Virus record (IMG/VR): IMGVR_UViG_3300011335_000809
Span: 1 to 64,000 of that record
Reading direction: 5' to 3' (one strand)
Source: a virus
DNA: 64,000 nucleotides
The notes beneath the pieces are model-generated. The model was not told the DNA's origin. It saw nothing but the letters and a program-made list of their open reading frames with translations, and ran no database searches. Positions 30,556-40,805 of this stretch are shown here, piece by piece. Position 1 is the stretch's first letter, and the number at the start of each line of letters is the position of its first letter. Made by a program: the position numbers and the translations under genes.

Positions 30556-32241
30556 CTAGGACTGAAATTCAAATTCAACTTGTACTGGACCTTCACGGCG
30601 ATTTCTACCTTTGAAATCACCCACAACTCCGGCTCCTGTAACAGTATTTATTACCACTGGATCTTTACATTCGCCGCCACTTCCAATTGGTTTAACTCCA
30701 TTACTACCAGGCGCATATCCACCACCTGTTACGAATACTCGTCTACTTAGTGTTTTATGTAAATTATCTCTTAATAATTGTAGTTTAATTTGTTGTACAG
30801 GTATTTGTGTTTGATCTGGATTAGCGTCCTTTGTATTTTCAGGAGTTGCATTTCCTGATCTAGGATGTGTATGTGGATGTGGGTGTACGTGATGATGCCA
30901 ATGAACGTGGTCCAATAACCAATTACAAAGATCATACATCCAGTCTACAGTTGTTTGACCTAATAATGCTGGTTCATTTGTTTCGCCATATTGTCCCAAA
31001 AATATTTGCGGCGCATTTATAGTAGCGGTATTATTTGTAGTTATAACTACGTTGTCATTAGCGTCCACTGTATATTCACTATCAGTGGTTACGGCATACC
31101 TTTTTTTACTAAAATGTAGTGTTTCCGCAAATCTACTACTTAGTACCAATCTATCTGTATTTATTACTACTTGATCGCCGTTTAAAGTTGGAAACTTAAA
31201 TGAGGTCGAACCTTTAGGGTTGAATCTTATTTGTTCTTCGGTTGGTTCTCCATTTGACGTTATACCAAATATACTTTTATAAACTGTAGTTTTCCACTCA
31301 CTTGATGTTTTGCCACTTGTTAACTGAATGGTAGATCCATCGTTATTAATATCTTCTGGTATTTGTCCGCCAAAATTCTTTTCAACCGGTGTAATTTTAG
31401 GAATAGGTGGCAATTTAGGATGTAATTGTTGTGGTTCATCTAAGGCAATATTTCGTTGTCTATTTCTAATAGTAACTTTAGGATTACCATATCCACCGCC
31501 AATTGAGTCTTTCAATAAATTGCCATTTAAATCGTAAGATGAATATATACCTTTATCATTTTGTCTATTATCATCATATGCACTAAATCGAATTGACTGA
31601 CCAAATCTACTTTCTATTATAGTATCACCTTCATTTTTCTTAACCAATCTTATAAATGGATTTGAAATAAAATATTGTCCCACGTATCCTATATTATTAT
31701 ACTTCGAATAAATTGGAGCTGATGTATAAGTGGCTCTATTACCATCAAAATAAAAAGGTACAGCCGGCTTTCCATCTTCACTATATACTGTTTCAACTGT
31801 ATAATCAATATTATTGGGGAAGTTGAATTTGTTTAATGGTTTACTATAGTAATAATTGTTTCCAACCTTTTGCACCAATACCAATTCATTAACCAGTGGA
31901 TATTGTGTGATAGTTTGTTCAAGTGGTATAGCCCAAGGTAATTTTTCAACCGATGACTTTTTTTCTTGTGATAATATTCTTACTTTAGCACGACCAATAT
32001 AAGAAAAATCCACATCGTTTTCATTTGCTGGTTCATTCTTATAATTAAGCGGAACAGTTTGTGGATTTATTTTTTGTTTATAGGCATCTTGTAATTTTAT
32101 ATGAGTTTCGTCGAAAATTACATCGACTACTACAGCAAGTTGTATGGGTGAACGAATATCAACCAAATCTTTTATTTGCTGATCATTTAGTTGTGGTGAT
32201 TTATTTGATTTGGATACGTCTGTGCTTACCATATTATTCAC
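30556..32241 (-). CDS. Baseplate central spike/hub (gp5/gpV-like)
   Basis: OB-fold-like N-term (GRAKVRI, PWAIPL, YPLVNELV), EGDTIIESRFGQSIRF, beta-helix-like C-term, EPALLG, His-rich tip. Confidence 0.75.
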   Translation of the reverse strand: MNNMVSTDVSKSNKSPQLNDQQIKDLVDIRSPIQLAVVVDVIFDETHIKLQDAYKQKINPQTVPLNYKNEPANENDVDFSYIGRAKVRILSQEKKSSVEKLPWAIPLEQTITQYPLVNELVLVQKVGNNYYYSKPLNKFNFPNNIDYTVETVYSEDGKPAVPFYFDGNRATYTSAPIYSKYNNIGYVGQYFISNPFIRLVKKNEGDTIIESRFGQSIRFSAYDDNRQNDKGIYSSYDLNGNLLKDSIGGGYGNPKVTIRNRQRNIALDEPQQLHPKLPPIPKITPVEKNFGGQIPEDINNDGSTIQLTSGKTSSEWKTTVYKSIFGITSNGEPTEEQIRFNPKGSTSFKFPTLNGDQVVINTDRLVLSSRFAETLHFSKKRYAVTTDSEYTVDANDNVVITTNNTATINAPQIFLGQYGETNEPALLGQTTVDWMYDLCNWLLDHVHWHHHVHPHPHTHPRSGNATPENTKDANPDQTQIPVQQIKLQLLRDNLHKTLSRRVFVTGGGYAPGSNGVKPIGSGGECKDPVVINTVTGAGVVGDFKGRNRREGPVQVEFEFQS

Positions 32242-32575
32242 CTTTACTGATTGTTATAACTTCTTCCATCAATTGTTTACGTTCGTCTTCACTTAATATC
32301 ATAGAAGAACCTTCGCCGCTAGCTTCACCTTTAGCCACTAAACGTTGTACAACAGATGCTAACTTAACTAACTGTTCATCGTTTTTAATGCCTACATCAT
32401 AGTAATCTTTAATCATAGGAACTATGATAGTAGCGTCATTGATAGTTTTAATCAAACTTCGTAACTCCGATATTAATATATCAATTTGATCCTTTTTACT
32501 CTCTGAATTTTTCACTATGTCCTTACAAAGACCCGAAAAATTCTTTCCTTTGTAAATTTCAAAATTTAAGTCCAT
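32234..32575 (-). CDS. Hypothetical phage protein
   Basis: 113-aa helical ORF, TATTTATA 5 nt upstream of ATG. Confidence 0.75.
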   Translation of the reverse strand: MDLNFEIYKGKNFSGLCKDIVKNSESKKDQIDILISELRSLIKTINDATIIVPMIKDYYDVGIKNDEQLVKLASVVQRLVAKGEASGEGSSMILSEDERKQLMEEVITISKGE

Positions 32576-32590
32576 ATATCTATAAATAGA

Positions 32591-32615
32591 AAAACCACTC
32601 CGTTTGGAGTGGTTT
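32591..32615. terminator. Intrinsic terminator
   Basis: AAACCACTCC-gttt-GGAGTGGTTT hairpin. Confidence 0.75.
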
Positions 32616-32632
32616 ATTTGTTTTGTTTTGTG

Positions 32633-33640
32633 TTATACTTTACCGCTGTCTATGTAATTTTTCATAACTACATTTTGATATGATTTCATTTTATTAATGA
32701 TTTTAGTAATTTGTTGTGTTTTACAATTACTTAATTCTCTTATATATAAGTACAGTGTTTTTTTATTAAAATTTTCAATTCTATCACTACTACGAAATAG
32801 TTCAATTACTGCATATGCTATATTAAGATCTTTTTGTTTGGTGAATATCTTTGTTAGATTTTTTTCCCAATAGTTAATTAACAATTTCATAAACTCCTGG
32901 GTTTGAATGGTCTTATGATGTACATCTTCTGTTTGCAAACAAACGCAATCGTCGCCTGGTGTGTCACTGATATCTACGTGTTGATTAAATCTTTTATAAT
33001 TGTTATTATTATGAAATATCAAATAGTTTTTAGCAACAATACTGAAATAACTAAAAGCTTTGCCTTTACCCGCTTCAAATTTGTGCATATTAGAAACCAA
33101 ATGAGTCACAGTTTCTTTTTGAATTTCCAACGGACTATTATCAAAATAAGTAAATTTAAATGTATTGAATATGTTTTCAACTAATTTATCAAAACTATAC
33201 TTTATACGATTTTCATATATTTCGTTTCTTATTACCATATCTGTCGCTAAATTATACTCAATAATTGCTTCTTCTGTCTTTTTAGAAAAATAAATTTTTT
33301 CCTTCTTGTTTCTACCCCGGCGTTTTTTTCTAACATCTGTTAATTCTTCTACTTCTTTATTAATAGCGTTTAAATCATTAATTACTATTATATCTTTACT
33401 GGTAATATTTCTTGGAACATTAATTTCAGATAAGTTTTTAGATTCATATGTAATATCTAATTTTACTTTATTTTTTTTAGCCGGTTGATTTTTAACTACT
33501 TTTTTAAAAGATGTTATTTTAGTTGGTTTTTTGATTTTTTTGTTAACACTATTTACCATAGAAGTAATTTTACGTTTTTTATCTGTTACTACTTTAGTCG
33601 TTTTTTTATTTACAACTTTACTTTTTTTTGTTTGTTTCAT
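32633..33640 (-). CDS. Putative phage sigma-factor-like protein with Lys-rich N-terminal extension
   Basis: KFEAGKGKAFSYFSIVAKNYL resembles sigma70 region 2.3-2.4; YFSKKTEEAIIEYN N-terminal motif. Confidence 0.6.
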   Translation of the reverse strand: MKQTKKSKVVNKKTTKVVTDKKRKITSMVNSVNKKIKKPTKITSFKKVVKNQPAKKNKVKLDITYESKNLSEINVPRNITSKDIIVINDLNAINKEVEELTDVRKKRRGRNKKEKIYFSKKTEEAIIEYNLATDMVIRNEIYENRIKYSFDKLVENIFNTFKFTYFDNSPLEIQKETVTHLVSNMHKFEAGKGKAFSYFSIVAKNYLIFHNNNNYKRFNQHVDISDTPGDDCVCLQTEDVHHKTIQTQEFMKLLINYWEKNLTKIFTKQKDLNIAYAVIELFRSSDRIENFNKKTLYLYIRELSNCKTQQITKIINKMKSYQNVVMKNYIDSGKV

Positions 33641-33653
33641 TCAAGTAATAATA

Positions 33654-33935
33654 TCAAACGTTATCGGTTTCTTCTTCTTTCACTTTTTTATTCAAAGAGT
33701 TAATTGTTTGTTTTAAATCTGAAAAAAGAAAACCAACGTCGTCATCTTTTTCAAAGATACCACGGTTATCAACGTCTTTCAATTTATTATAAGTATTTTC
33801 TACCGATTTTTTAAAGTTTATTATCCAGTCTTCCAAAATGTCAATCTGGTTAAATAACTTTTTCAATGTGATTAATAAAAACACATTAACTGCTACCGAT
33901 ATAAACAGTAATATTAATAATAAAATTTCAATCAT
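33654..33935 (-). CDS. Small single-pass membrane protein
   Basis: Hydrophobic N-terminal 22 aa followed by coiled coil. Confidence 0.7.
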   Translation of the reverse strand: MIEILLLILLFISVAVNVFLLITLKKLFNQIDILEDWIINFKKSVENTYNKLKDVDNRGIFEKDDDVGFLFSDLKQTINSLNKKVKEEETDNV

Positions 33936-34071
33936 TGTCTGTAGGTAGTTCGTCGTCCACTTCCACGAATTCTGAGATATAATCTAAAGCGTCATTCAAT
34001 GTTTTCCAACACGATTCGTCGTATGATCTTTTGATCAACTTATACAATTCTTTAAGTTCAGTTTCATCCAT
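33928..34071 (-). CDS. Small hypothetical protein (47 aa, MDETELKELYKLIKRSYDESCWKTLNDALDYISEFVEVDDELPTDND)
   Basis: Translated by hand; fills the gap and overlaps the next gene's start. Confidence 0.6.
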   Translation of the reverse strand: MDETELKELYKLIKRSYDESCWKTLNDALDYISEFVEVDDELPTDND

Positions 34072-34127
34072 GCTTATAATTACATATATATGTAATCGTG
34101 ACAAATCGATAAAAAAATTATTTTAAA

Positions 34128-35162
34128 TTAAAAACTAAACATACCTCTTACTCCTGTTTTACTTTTCCGATTAACTATTTTCTCAACCTCAACAGGCTTC
34201 TCCACTATACGTTCAACTATTTTCTCAACCTCAACAGGCTTCTCTACTATACGTTCAACTATTTTCTCAACCTCAACAGGCTTCTCCACTATACGCTCAG
34301 CCGTTGAATGTGTTGGTTTGTTGTCAGACTCATCTGTAGATTTTTCTTGTTTTTTGTATAATTCATAATTTTTGTCTTCTTCGACATAAACCTTTTTTGT
34401 ACTTATATTATACGCCAATAATAATACGACGGCGAGTGGATCAAATACAGTAATAAGCACCACAATGAACCATTTTACCACATTTTGAATGGTTGTATTA
34501 AATTGATCGGCGACGAATTTAAACGTTATAATATCTTTCTTCTGACTATTATCTACTTTTAACTTGAAAATAGCATCATCAACAGCTGTTGATTTAGCAC
34601 TATAGGTTTTGATTTTATCATTTTCGTTTTCTAACTGTTTATTAAGATCTGTAATTTGATCGTTAATTTGATTTTGAATATTTTGTAGTTGAATTGGATT
34701 TCGTGCAATTAGTACATTTGTAAGCACTTCATTTAATCTATTTTCCTGACTACTTCTTAGCGTATACAGTTTTTCTATAGATTTTTTTGTAGACTCAATT
34801 TTACTGATCTCTTCTTTTTTCTGAGATTCCAGTGTTGAAATTTTATTCAATGATAGTTCAGTTTCTAAAGATGATTTTTGAAAAGCCGCCGTTAAAAATC
34901 CAAATACACCCAATGATGTTATAGCCATTAATGAGAATACGGCGGTTATCATATAGATTCTCATTAGAATATTAGCACTATTCCAGTATCTAAATAACCA
35001 AGAAGTTGTTACCAATTTACCAAGTTCTAATGAGGATGCCATTATCATAACAGCAATCGTAGCGCCTGAAAATAATAATCCTATACCATATACGCTAAAA
35101 TAAGCAGCACATCCTGCGATTAAAAGTGATGTAAATATTACCAAATGTTTAAACTGTATCAT
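34128..35162 (-). CDS. Multi-pass membrane protein with coiled coil and VEKPVEVEKIVERI repeats
   Basis: Three N-terminal hydrophobic segments, coiled coil, VFDPLAVVLL segment. Confidence 0.75.
   Translation of the reverse strand: MIQFKHLVIFTSLLIAGCAAYFSVYGIGLLFSGATIAVMIMASSLELGKLVTTSWLFRYWNSANILMRIYMITAVFSLMAITSLGVFGFLTAAFQKSSLETELSLNKISTLESQKKEEISKIESTKKSIEKLYTLRSSQENRLNEVLTNVLIARNPIQLQNIQNQINDQITDLNKQLENENDKIKTYSAKSTAVDDAIFKLKVDNSQKKDIITFKFVADQFNTTIQNVVKWFIVVLITVFDPLAVVLLLAYNISTKKVYVEEDKNYELYKKQEKSTDESDNKPTHSTAERIVEKPVEVEKIVERIVEKPVEVEKIVERIVEKPVEVEKIVNRKSKTGVRGMFSF
34174..34294 (-). repeat. 42-nt tandem repeat (about 3 copies) encoding ERIVEKPVEVEKIV
   Basis: Directly visible repeat. Confidence 0.85.
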
Positions 35163-35184
35163 ATCTATAAATATCTACAAAATA

Positions 35185-35215
35185 AAAACCCCATTCAATT
35201 AAATGAACGGGGTTT
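35185..35215. terminator. Intrinsic terminator after hsp20
   Basis: AAACCCCATTCA...TGAACGGGGTTT hairpin. Confidence 0.65.
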
Positions 35216-35235
35216 AATATAACCTTGACTGAATA

Positions 35236-35718
35236 TTACTCAATCTTTATTTTTTTGGTTTCTGGAATTGTAGGTTTGATCTTTGACAATGTAACCTTTA
35301 ACAACCCATTTTCAAATTTTGCAGATGGATTTTTTCGATCAATTTGATCGCCTAATGTAAAACTTCGTTTGAAATTGCTATGTTTCAGTTCTCTACGAAT
35401 ATACTTTCCTGTAAATTCCCTATCGTCAACCTTTTTAATCTTTTGACCACTGATAGTAAGAACATTTTCTTGTACATCAACTGAAACGTCTTCTTTAGAA
35501 AGACCAGGAATTTCCGCTAGAATTTCTACACGGTCATTGTAATCAACAACATCTACACGGGGATAACTTTGTTTTTCAAAAAAACCAACGCCCAGTTCTT
35601 TATTTAATTCTGGGAAATGTGCCGCGAATACTTCATCGAATACACGGTCAAATGGCGTTAAAAACTCATCACGATCAACGTGACGTAATGCAAACGGACT
35701 ATATTTAATTACTGACAT
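35236..35718 (-). CDS. Small heat-shock protein Hsp20/alpha-crystallin
   Basis: YPRVDV, AEIPGLSKEDV, LTISG, FKRSFTL, AKFENGLL, IKI C-terminal motif. Confidence 0.95.
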   Translation of the reverse strand: MSVIKYSPFALRHVDRDEFLTPFDRVFDEVFAAHFPELNKELGVGFFEKQSYPRVDVVDYNDRVEILAEIPGLSKEDVSVDVQENVLTISGQKIKKVDDREFTGKYIRRELKHSNFKRSFTLGDQIDRKNPSAKFENGLLKVTLSKIKPTIPETKKIKIE

Positions 35719-35850
35719 ATATTTACCTTTCTTTTAATAATTCTATTGAACTTATTAACCTAATAGCCTCACTCGAGCACTATAGTGAATAACACATCTG
35801 TGTCATTCAAGAATATATATGACATAAATTCAGAAAAATGTCAATATTTT

Positions 35851-38736
35851 TTATCCAGCGGACGAAACTCCGCCTGTTTGACATAAATTAATGTAATTTT
35901 CACTATCTACATTATTATTGTTTCTTCTCAAAAATAAGATATAAAAATTTGCATTTCCTAATATAGGATTGGTTGTTGTAACCGTGTAAGTGCCTGAAAA
36001 TTGACCTGATGCACCTGGTGTACACACATATTCTTGTCCACCCGCTGGATCCAAAATCCAATTGATACTAACTGAATAACCATCTTGTGTTATACTTGTT
36101 GGTAATGTACATCCTGAATTTGGCAAAGCATTAACAACTGCTTTGGCAAAAGTTTTATCAGCTGATGTACCAGTTGTATATGCAATTGTTACCACCGTTC
36201 TAAGTTTTATTTGCGTCCAACTTTCCAACATACTGGGATTGTAACTTACACATCCTAAATTACTTGTTACAGGCGTAACTACAGGAGGTGCTACTGGAGT
36301 AACAACTTCTTTTTTACATTTATTTTTATCTGATAAAAATGCAATTGTAATATTTTCAGATGTTTGGTTATATCCTGGTGGAAGAGTGAATACAGCTTCA
36401 TTTTTTATATAAACATATGTTGGTTGATTTGAATTTGAATAATTTACAATTCCGACTCCTATACTTATTTTTTTAGATTTATATGGTTCAATAGAAATAG
36501 GAGATTGAGGATCAATTGTAACAGGCAATAACAAAGAATTTAATACACTACCATCGTAATTTGTCCAATTTTGATTCAACGTAATTGTCATTGAATCGGG
36601 GTTGTTATTTGTAATTACAAAACTTCCTGTATGTTTTATTTGTGTTAAAAGTGTAGGATCACATATTTGTGGAGATGTAGATGTTCCACAAGTACAATTT
36701 ATAGAATTTATTCCATCCCAAGATCCTATATTTCGTGGCCAATTTGGCGTTTTCAATGCGGTGACAACACAACTACTTTTATCAGATGAAAAATAAAAAT
36801 AAGATTGCTGAATTGAGTTTATATAATAATTCGAATCTGTAGTTGCGGTAAATGGACAAATTAAATGTACACTAGTCGGTTGACTTGGATTATTATAATT
36901 GTTTTTTCCAAATGACACTGATATTTTTTTACTTTCGTTTGGTTGTACTATGATCGGTGAATCAGGATTCATCTCAATAGGAGTAAGTAAAGAATCTATA
37001 GCAGTTCCATTTATTTGATTTTTCCAATTATTTTTATCAAATGTAAGTGTCATTGGTTTAATAGACATGTTGTTTGTTATTATAAAACTACCACTATGTC
37101 TCACTTGAGTTGTAGAAGATGGATTTGATACAATCTGAGCTGAATTTGGATTTGAATTGCAAGATAATTCATCTATTGATATATCTTGCCAAAAACTTGG
37201 ATTGGGCAAATATTGTTTGAGAGGCAAACTTATATTACAAGAATTTTTATCAAAACTAGCTATAATCTCGCAATTTTGATATTGTGGAGAATATCCTAAT
37301 GGCAAAGTCAAATTTACAGAACCTTTTACGGTAAAGATTTTTGGTTGAAGTTCATTTTGATAATTAGATAACCCGAAACCAATGCTAATTTTACGTGTAC
37401 TGTTGGCCAAAATAGAAAACATTCCAGTTGGTGCAAAATCAACTGTACTAATTAACGAATTTAAAGGAGTTCCATCTAAGTTAGTCCAAGTCGGACTTAT
37501 AGTAGCTAACATCTCCGCATTGTTATTATTTGTAATTATAAAACTACCACTGTGTTTTATTTGAGTGGTCGAAGTCGGATTACATACTGGCTGAGTATAA
37601 CCATCACCGCAATCTAAATAACCACATCTTGGTCCTGTAAATGAAATATTGGTTGGGAAGTTACCAACTAATGTTGGTGATGTTGCACACGATGATGCAT
37701 TTGAATCTTGGGTGCCTAAAATGTAAAGTGTAATTTGACCAAATGTGGATGTATTTTCAAACGAATACGCGTATGAAGGATTTGTTCCACCTGAACTAGT
37801 AGCGGTTACCAATCCAGTGTAAAAATACCCAAGTGGGCCATCAGGTGTAGCTGATTTTTGTAAAATCAATCCGTCAAAGGACAGTGTTCTATTGTGTCCC
37901 AAATTGTCTTTATAGGATATAACTGGCAAAAGTTGTTCACTCGATTTATAAGTCGTAATATTTGGATTCTGTAATAAACTATTTAAGTTATTTAATATGT
38001 TAGACAAATCTGTTATCTTTGTATTTGTATAACCATTGGATGTTTTATCACTATTGATTTTTTGAAACAATAAAGAACTTGCTATAGATAAATCTGCAGC
38101 CGACATTGTGTATGTATAGGTGGTATTATCAACAACAGTACTTGTACAAGTGCCTATAAACATACTAGATGTAAATGCATTTGACAAACAATCCTTAGAA
38201 ACCAATTTATACGCTTTTGTATTAACCAAATTATAAAATGATTCAATATTATCACCAGATTTAGCGTAAGAAAACATCTTATTCCACCCAGAATCCACAA
38301 TAGGTGTAGTGATATTTGACTTGGAGTATAGTGTATATTGATAAACTTTGTCTTGTATATTATTGGTCAAAAAGTTATTATTTTGTACTACACTAGGAGA
38401 ATAAATTTTAACAGTAGCGACACCAGTTGAAGCGGCTACACTAAAAGAACTACTTATATAAGAGGCGCCATAAAATTCACTAAACTTTATAGGCCGTCTA
38501 TTGTCTTTATTTATAAAACCAACGCCTATAGCCTTTGTTATATTAATCGTACTTGAATCGTTGTTTGAATTTCCGATTCTATTTTCCAATTGATAATAAC
38601 TTTGTGATATAGAAAAATTATTTGAGCCTGGATTATAAAAGTTGCTTAATAAACTATTGATCGAAAGATTTTCGCTATTATTTGTTTCGCTTTTGAAACT
38701 CAATGGGCCAAACCTGTTTAATATATTGACAGACAT
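35851..38736 (-). CDS. Putative tail-fibre-associated adhesin with three Cys-containing ~150-aa repeats
   Basis: P.xxTQ(I/V)(K/R)H(S/T)GSFxITNN...SKKISI repeated three times; directly downstream of tail fibre genes. Confidence 0.6.
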   Translation of the reverse strand: MSVNILNRFGPLSFKSETNNSENLSINSLLSNFYNPGSNNFSISQSYYQLENRIGNSNNDSSTINITKAIGVGFINKDNRRPIKFSEFYGASYISSSFSVAASTGVATVKIYSPSVVQNNNFLTNNIQDKVYQYTLYSKSNITTPIVDSGWNKMFSYAKSGDNIESFYNLVNTKAYKLVSKDCLSNAFTSSMFIGTCTSTVVDNTTYTYTMSAADLSIASSLLFQKINSDKTSNGYTNTKITDLSNILNNLNSLLQNPNITTYKSSEQLLPVISYKDNLGHNRTLSFDGLILQKSATPDGPLGYFYTGLVTATSSGGTNPSYAYSFENTSTFGQITLYILGTQDSNASSCATSPTLVGNFPTNISFTGPRCGYLDCGDGYTQPVCNPTSTTQIKHSGSFIITNNNNAEMLATISPTWTNLDGTPLNSLISTVDFAPTGMFSILANSTRKISIGFGLSNYQNELQPKIFTVKGSVNLTLPLGYSPQYQNCEIIASFDKNSCNISLPLKQYLPNPSFWQDISIDELSCNSNPNSAQIVSNPSSTTQVRHSGSFIITNNMSIKPMTLTFDKNNWKNQINGTAIDSLLTPIEMNPDSPIIVQPNESKKISVSFGKNNYNNPSQPTSVHLICPFTATTDSNYYINSIQQSYFYFSSDKSSCVVTALKTPNWPRNIGSWDGINSINCTCGTSTSPQICDPTLLTQIKHTGSFVITNNNPDSMTITLNQNWTNYDGSVLNSLLLPVTIDPQSPISIEPYKSKKISIGVGIVNYSNSNQPTYVYIKNEAVFTLPPGYNQTSENITIAFLSDKNKCKKEVVTPVAPPVVTPVTSNLGCVSYNPSMLESWTQIKLRTVVTIAYTTGTSADKTFAKAVVNALPNSGCTLPTSITQDGYSVSINWILDPAGGQEYVCTPGASGQFSGTYTVTTTNPILGNANFYILFLRRNNNNVDSENYINLCQTGGVSSAG

Positions 38737-38750
38737 ATATCCTATATATA

Positions 38751-40241
38751 TTAAGATTCGATCTTATTTTTTAGTTCTTGAACTTCTTTGTGTAGTTCTT
38801 GAATAGATTTTAGTAGCAATGCGATAAATGGATTATATTTTACAACTTTATATCCTTCAAGATTTTCAATTACTAAATCAGGATACAATTCCTCAATTTG
38901 TTGTGCAATAACACCAAAGTCTTTTTTTCCATTTGACTTCCAATTAAATTCTATTGGATGTATTTGATTAACTTTGGATAAAGCATTTTCTATAGTTTTA
39001 ATGTTATCTTTAAGTCTTATGTCAGATGAAGCGAATGTGGAAAGTGCAACTATATCACCTCTCACGTCCAATTGACCGCTGCCACTTACACGTAACAATT
39101 TTGTTTGACTGCTACCTGATGTAATTAAAAATACATTAGTATTTGGGTTATAGCTTGTTGGCCAACCAGTGGATCCACTTAAATGTAAGTGTAATTGAGC
39201 ATTTACATAATCAGAACTTACTATATTACCCACACTTAATAGTCTTTGTCTTACGCCTAATACACCCCATCCAGATTTACCGGAGTGCCAAATTACATCT
39301 CTGCCTGGTAAAGCTGATGAATTTATATGAGATCCCGAATAATAAATTGCAAAATTAGCAGCAGTTCTTAAATAATTGTTAGAAGTTTGTAATCCCAATC
39401 CAGACACAGATTGTCCCGATGACGAATATTGAATAATTTGTTCGCCTACTGATGAAAATTGTAGAGGGTTATTAACTGTGATTCTCCCCGCAGGCATACT
39501 TCCGAGGTTATTGATACTTGAATTTCTTACAATATAATTTGTAGAAGTTAAAGCCGATGTGCTTGTCCAATAAGTAAATTGATTTGAAGTGCCTGTTCCA
39601 GATACTAATCCTCCTAAGTTCAAAGCATACGATGCTGTTTTAGCACAACTAGCTGTACCATAAAATGCTACTTTTCTATTGACATTATAATGATTTGAAG
39701 CACTAATATAACCTTTTATACTAGCTGAAACACTTCCTGAAAATTGTCCTTTTAAAATTCCATTAAAACTACCGGTCGATTTGGAGTTTTTACTAATAAT
39801 TGAACCATACAAACTTCCGCTAAAACTGCCACTAGCGTTTGCTTTTTTAGTTAATATATAACCACTGAAACTACCACTCAATGATCCGGAGGTTTTAGAT
39901 TTACCTGTAGTCGATCCGTTAAAGCTGCCTGTAAAACTACCTGTATTACTGCCGTTAAAATTTCCACTAAAACTACCGGAGTGTTTTCCTTTAAAGCTAC
40001 CTGTAAAACTACCTGTAAATTTACCACTTAATGTTTTCGCAGATCCGGAAAAACTTCCTGTGTATGAACCCGTTGTCGATGATAAAAATTTTACAATATC
40101 GCCTAATGTACTTTTTCGAGAGTATAAGTCATTGGACGATCCGGATTCAATTGTTAAGATTAAATCCTTAGCTGTTAATGTGTTGTATCTTACAAGATCA
40201 CTAACTTTTACTTGTTGTATTAAATTACAGGTAGTTGACAT
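38751..40241 (-). CDS. Tail fibre with C-terminal intramolecular chaperone (peptidase S74)
   Basis: SDIRLKDNI...GVIAQQIEELYP...LLKSIQEL; GSF(S/T)G repeats. Confidence 0.88.
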   Translation of the reverse strand: MSTTCNLIQQVKVSDLVRYNTLTAKDLILTIESGSSNDLYSRKSTLGDIVKFLSSTTGSYTGSFSGSAKTLSGKFTGSFTGSFKGKHSGSFSGNFNGSNTGSFTGSFNGSTTGKSKTSGSLSGSFSGYILTKKANASGSFSGSLYGSIISKNSKSTGSFNGILKGQFSGSVSASIKGYISASNHYNVNRKVAFYGTASCAKTASYALNLGGLVSGTGTSNQFTYWTSTSALTSTNYIVRNSSINNLGSMPAGRITVNNPLQFSSVGEQIIQYSSSGQSVSGLGLQTSNNYLRTAANFAIYYSGSHINSSALPGRDVIWHSGKSGWGVLGVRQRLLSVGNIVSSDYVNAQLHLHLSGSTGWPTSYNPNTNVFLITSGSSQTKLLRVSGSGQLDVRGDIVALSTFASSDIRLKDNIKTIENALSKVNQIHPIEFNWKSNGKKDFGVIAQQIEELYPDLVIENLEGYKVVKYNPFIALLLKSIQELHKEVQELKNKIES

Positions 40242-40243
40242 AA

Positions 40244-40786
40244 TTACTTCCAGGCGTAAATTTTAATATACCACTTTGACGTATCAATATTGTATTGTGA
40301 TATTACATTAGTACTATTATTGTAATCATATGTGGTAATACTAGTGAAAGTGGGTACTATTACTAATATATTACTTGAATGTGAAACAACACTGCATATT
40401 GGTTTTGTTTCATTATTAAAAAATGAAGTTACATCAACTTCTTGGTTTATAACAAATCTACCGTCATTTGCTTGACAATTTAAAACCACTCTTACTAAAG
40501 ACGGTGTTGAAGAAAAACCATGCGAAAAAGAAAATACATTTCCCAACAAATATGTATAAAAACTATTTGAATCAGTTGTGGTGTTAAATAAAGACGTTGT
40601 ATAACCAGATATACCATCTGAATTAACATAATCTTTTAAATCTGATAAAGTAGATTTTCTGGAATATTTTGATCCACCTGTATTTTCTATAAGCATCAAT
40701 TGATCCGACGCTTTTATATTATTATAGCTCGCAAGATCACTGACTTTTATTAATTGAACATTTAAACTATTACACGGAGTTGCCAT
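40244..40786 (-). CDS. Putative tail fibre-related protein
   Basis: N-term paralogous to 38751-40241 (C..L...KVSDL..YN...YSRKSTL.D). Confidence 0.65.
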   Translation of the reverse strand: MATPCNSLNVQLIKVSDLASYNNIKASDQLMLIENTGGSKYSRKSTLSDLKDYVNSDGISGYTTSLFNTTTDSNSFYTYLLGNVFSFSHGFSSTPSLVRVVLNCQANDGRFVINQEVDVTSFFNNETKPICSVVSHSSNILVIVPTFTSITTYDYNNSTNVISQYNIDTSKWYIKIYAWK

Positions 40787-40805
40787 ATTTTATAAATATA
40801 AACTA

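Noticed and set aside
35761-35790. CIRCE-like inverted repeat upstream of hsp20
   Set aside because: Does not fit TTAGCACTC-N9-GAGTGCTAA; only a small hairpin of uncertain meaning
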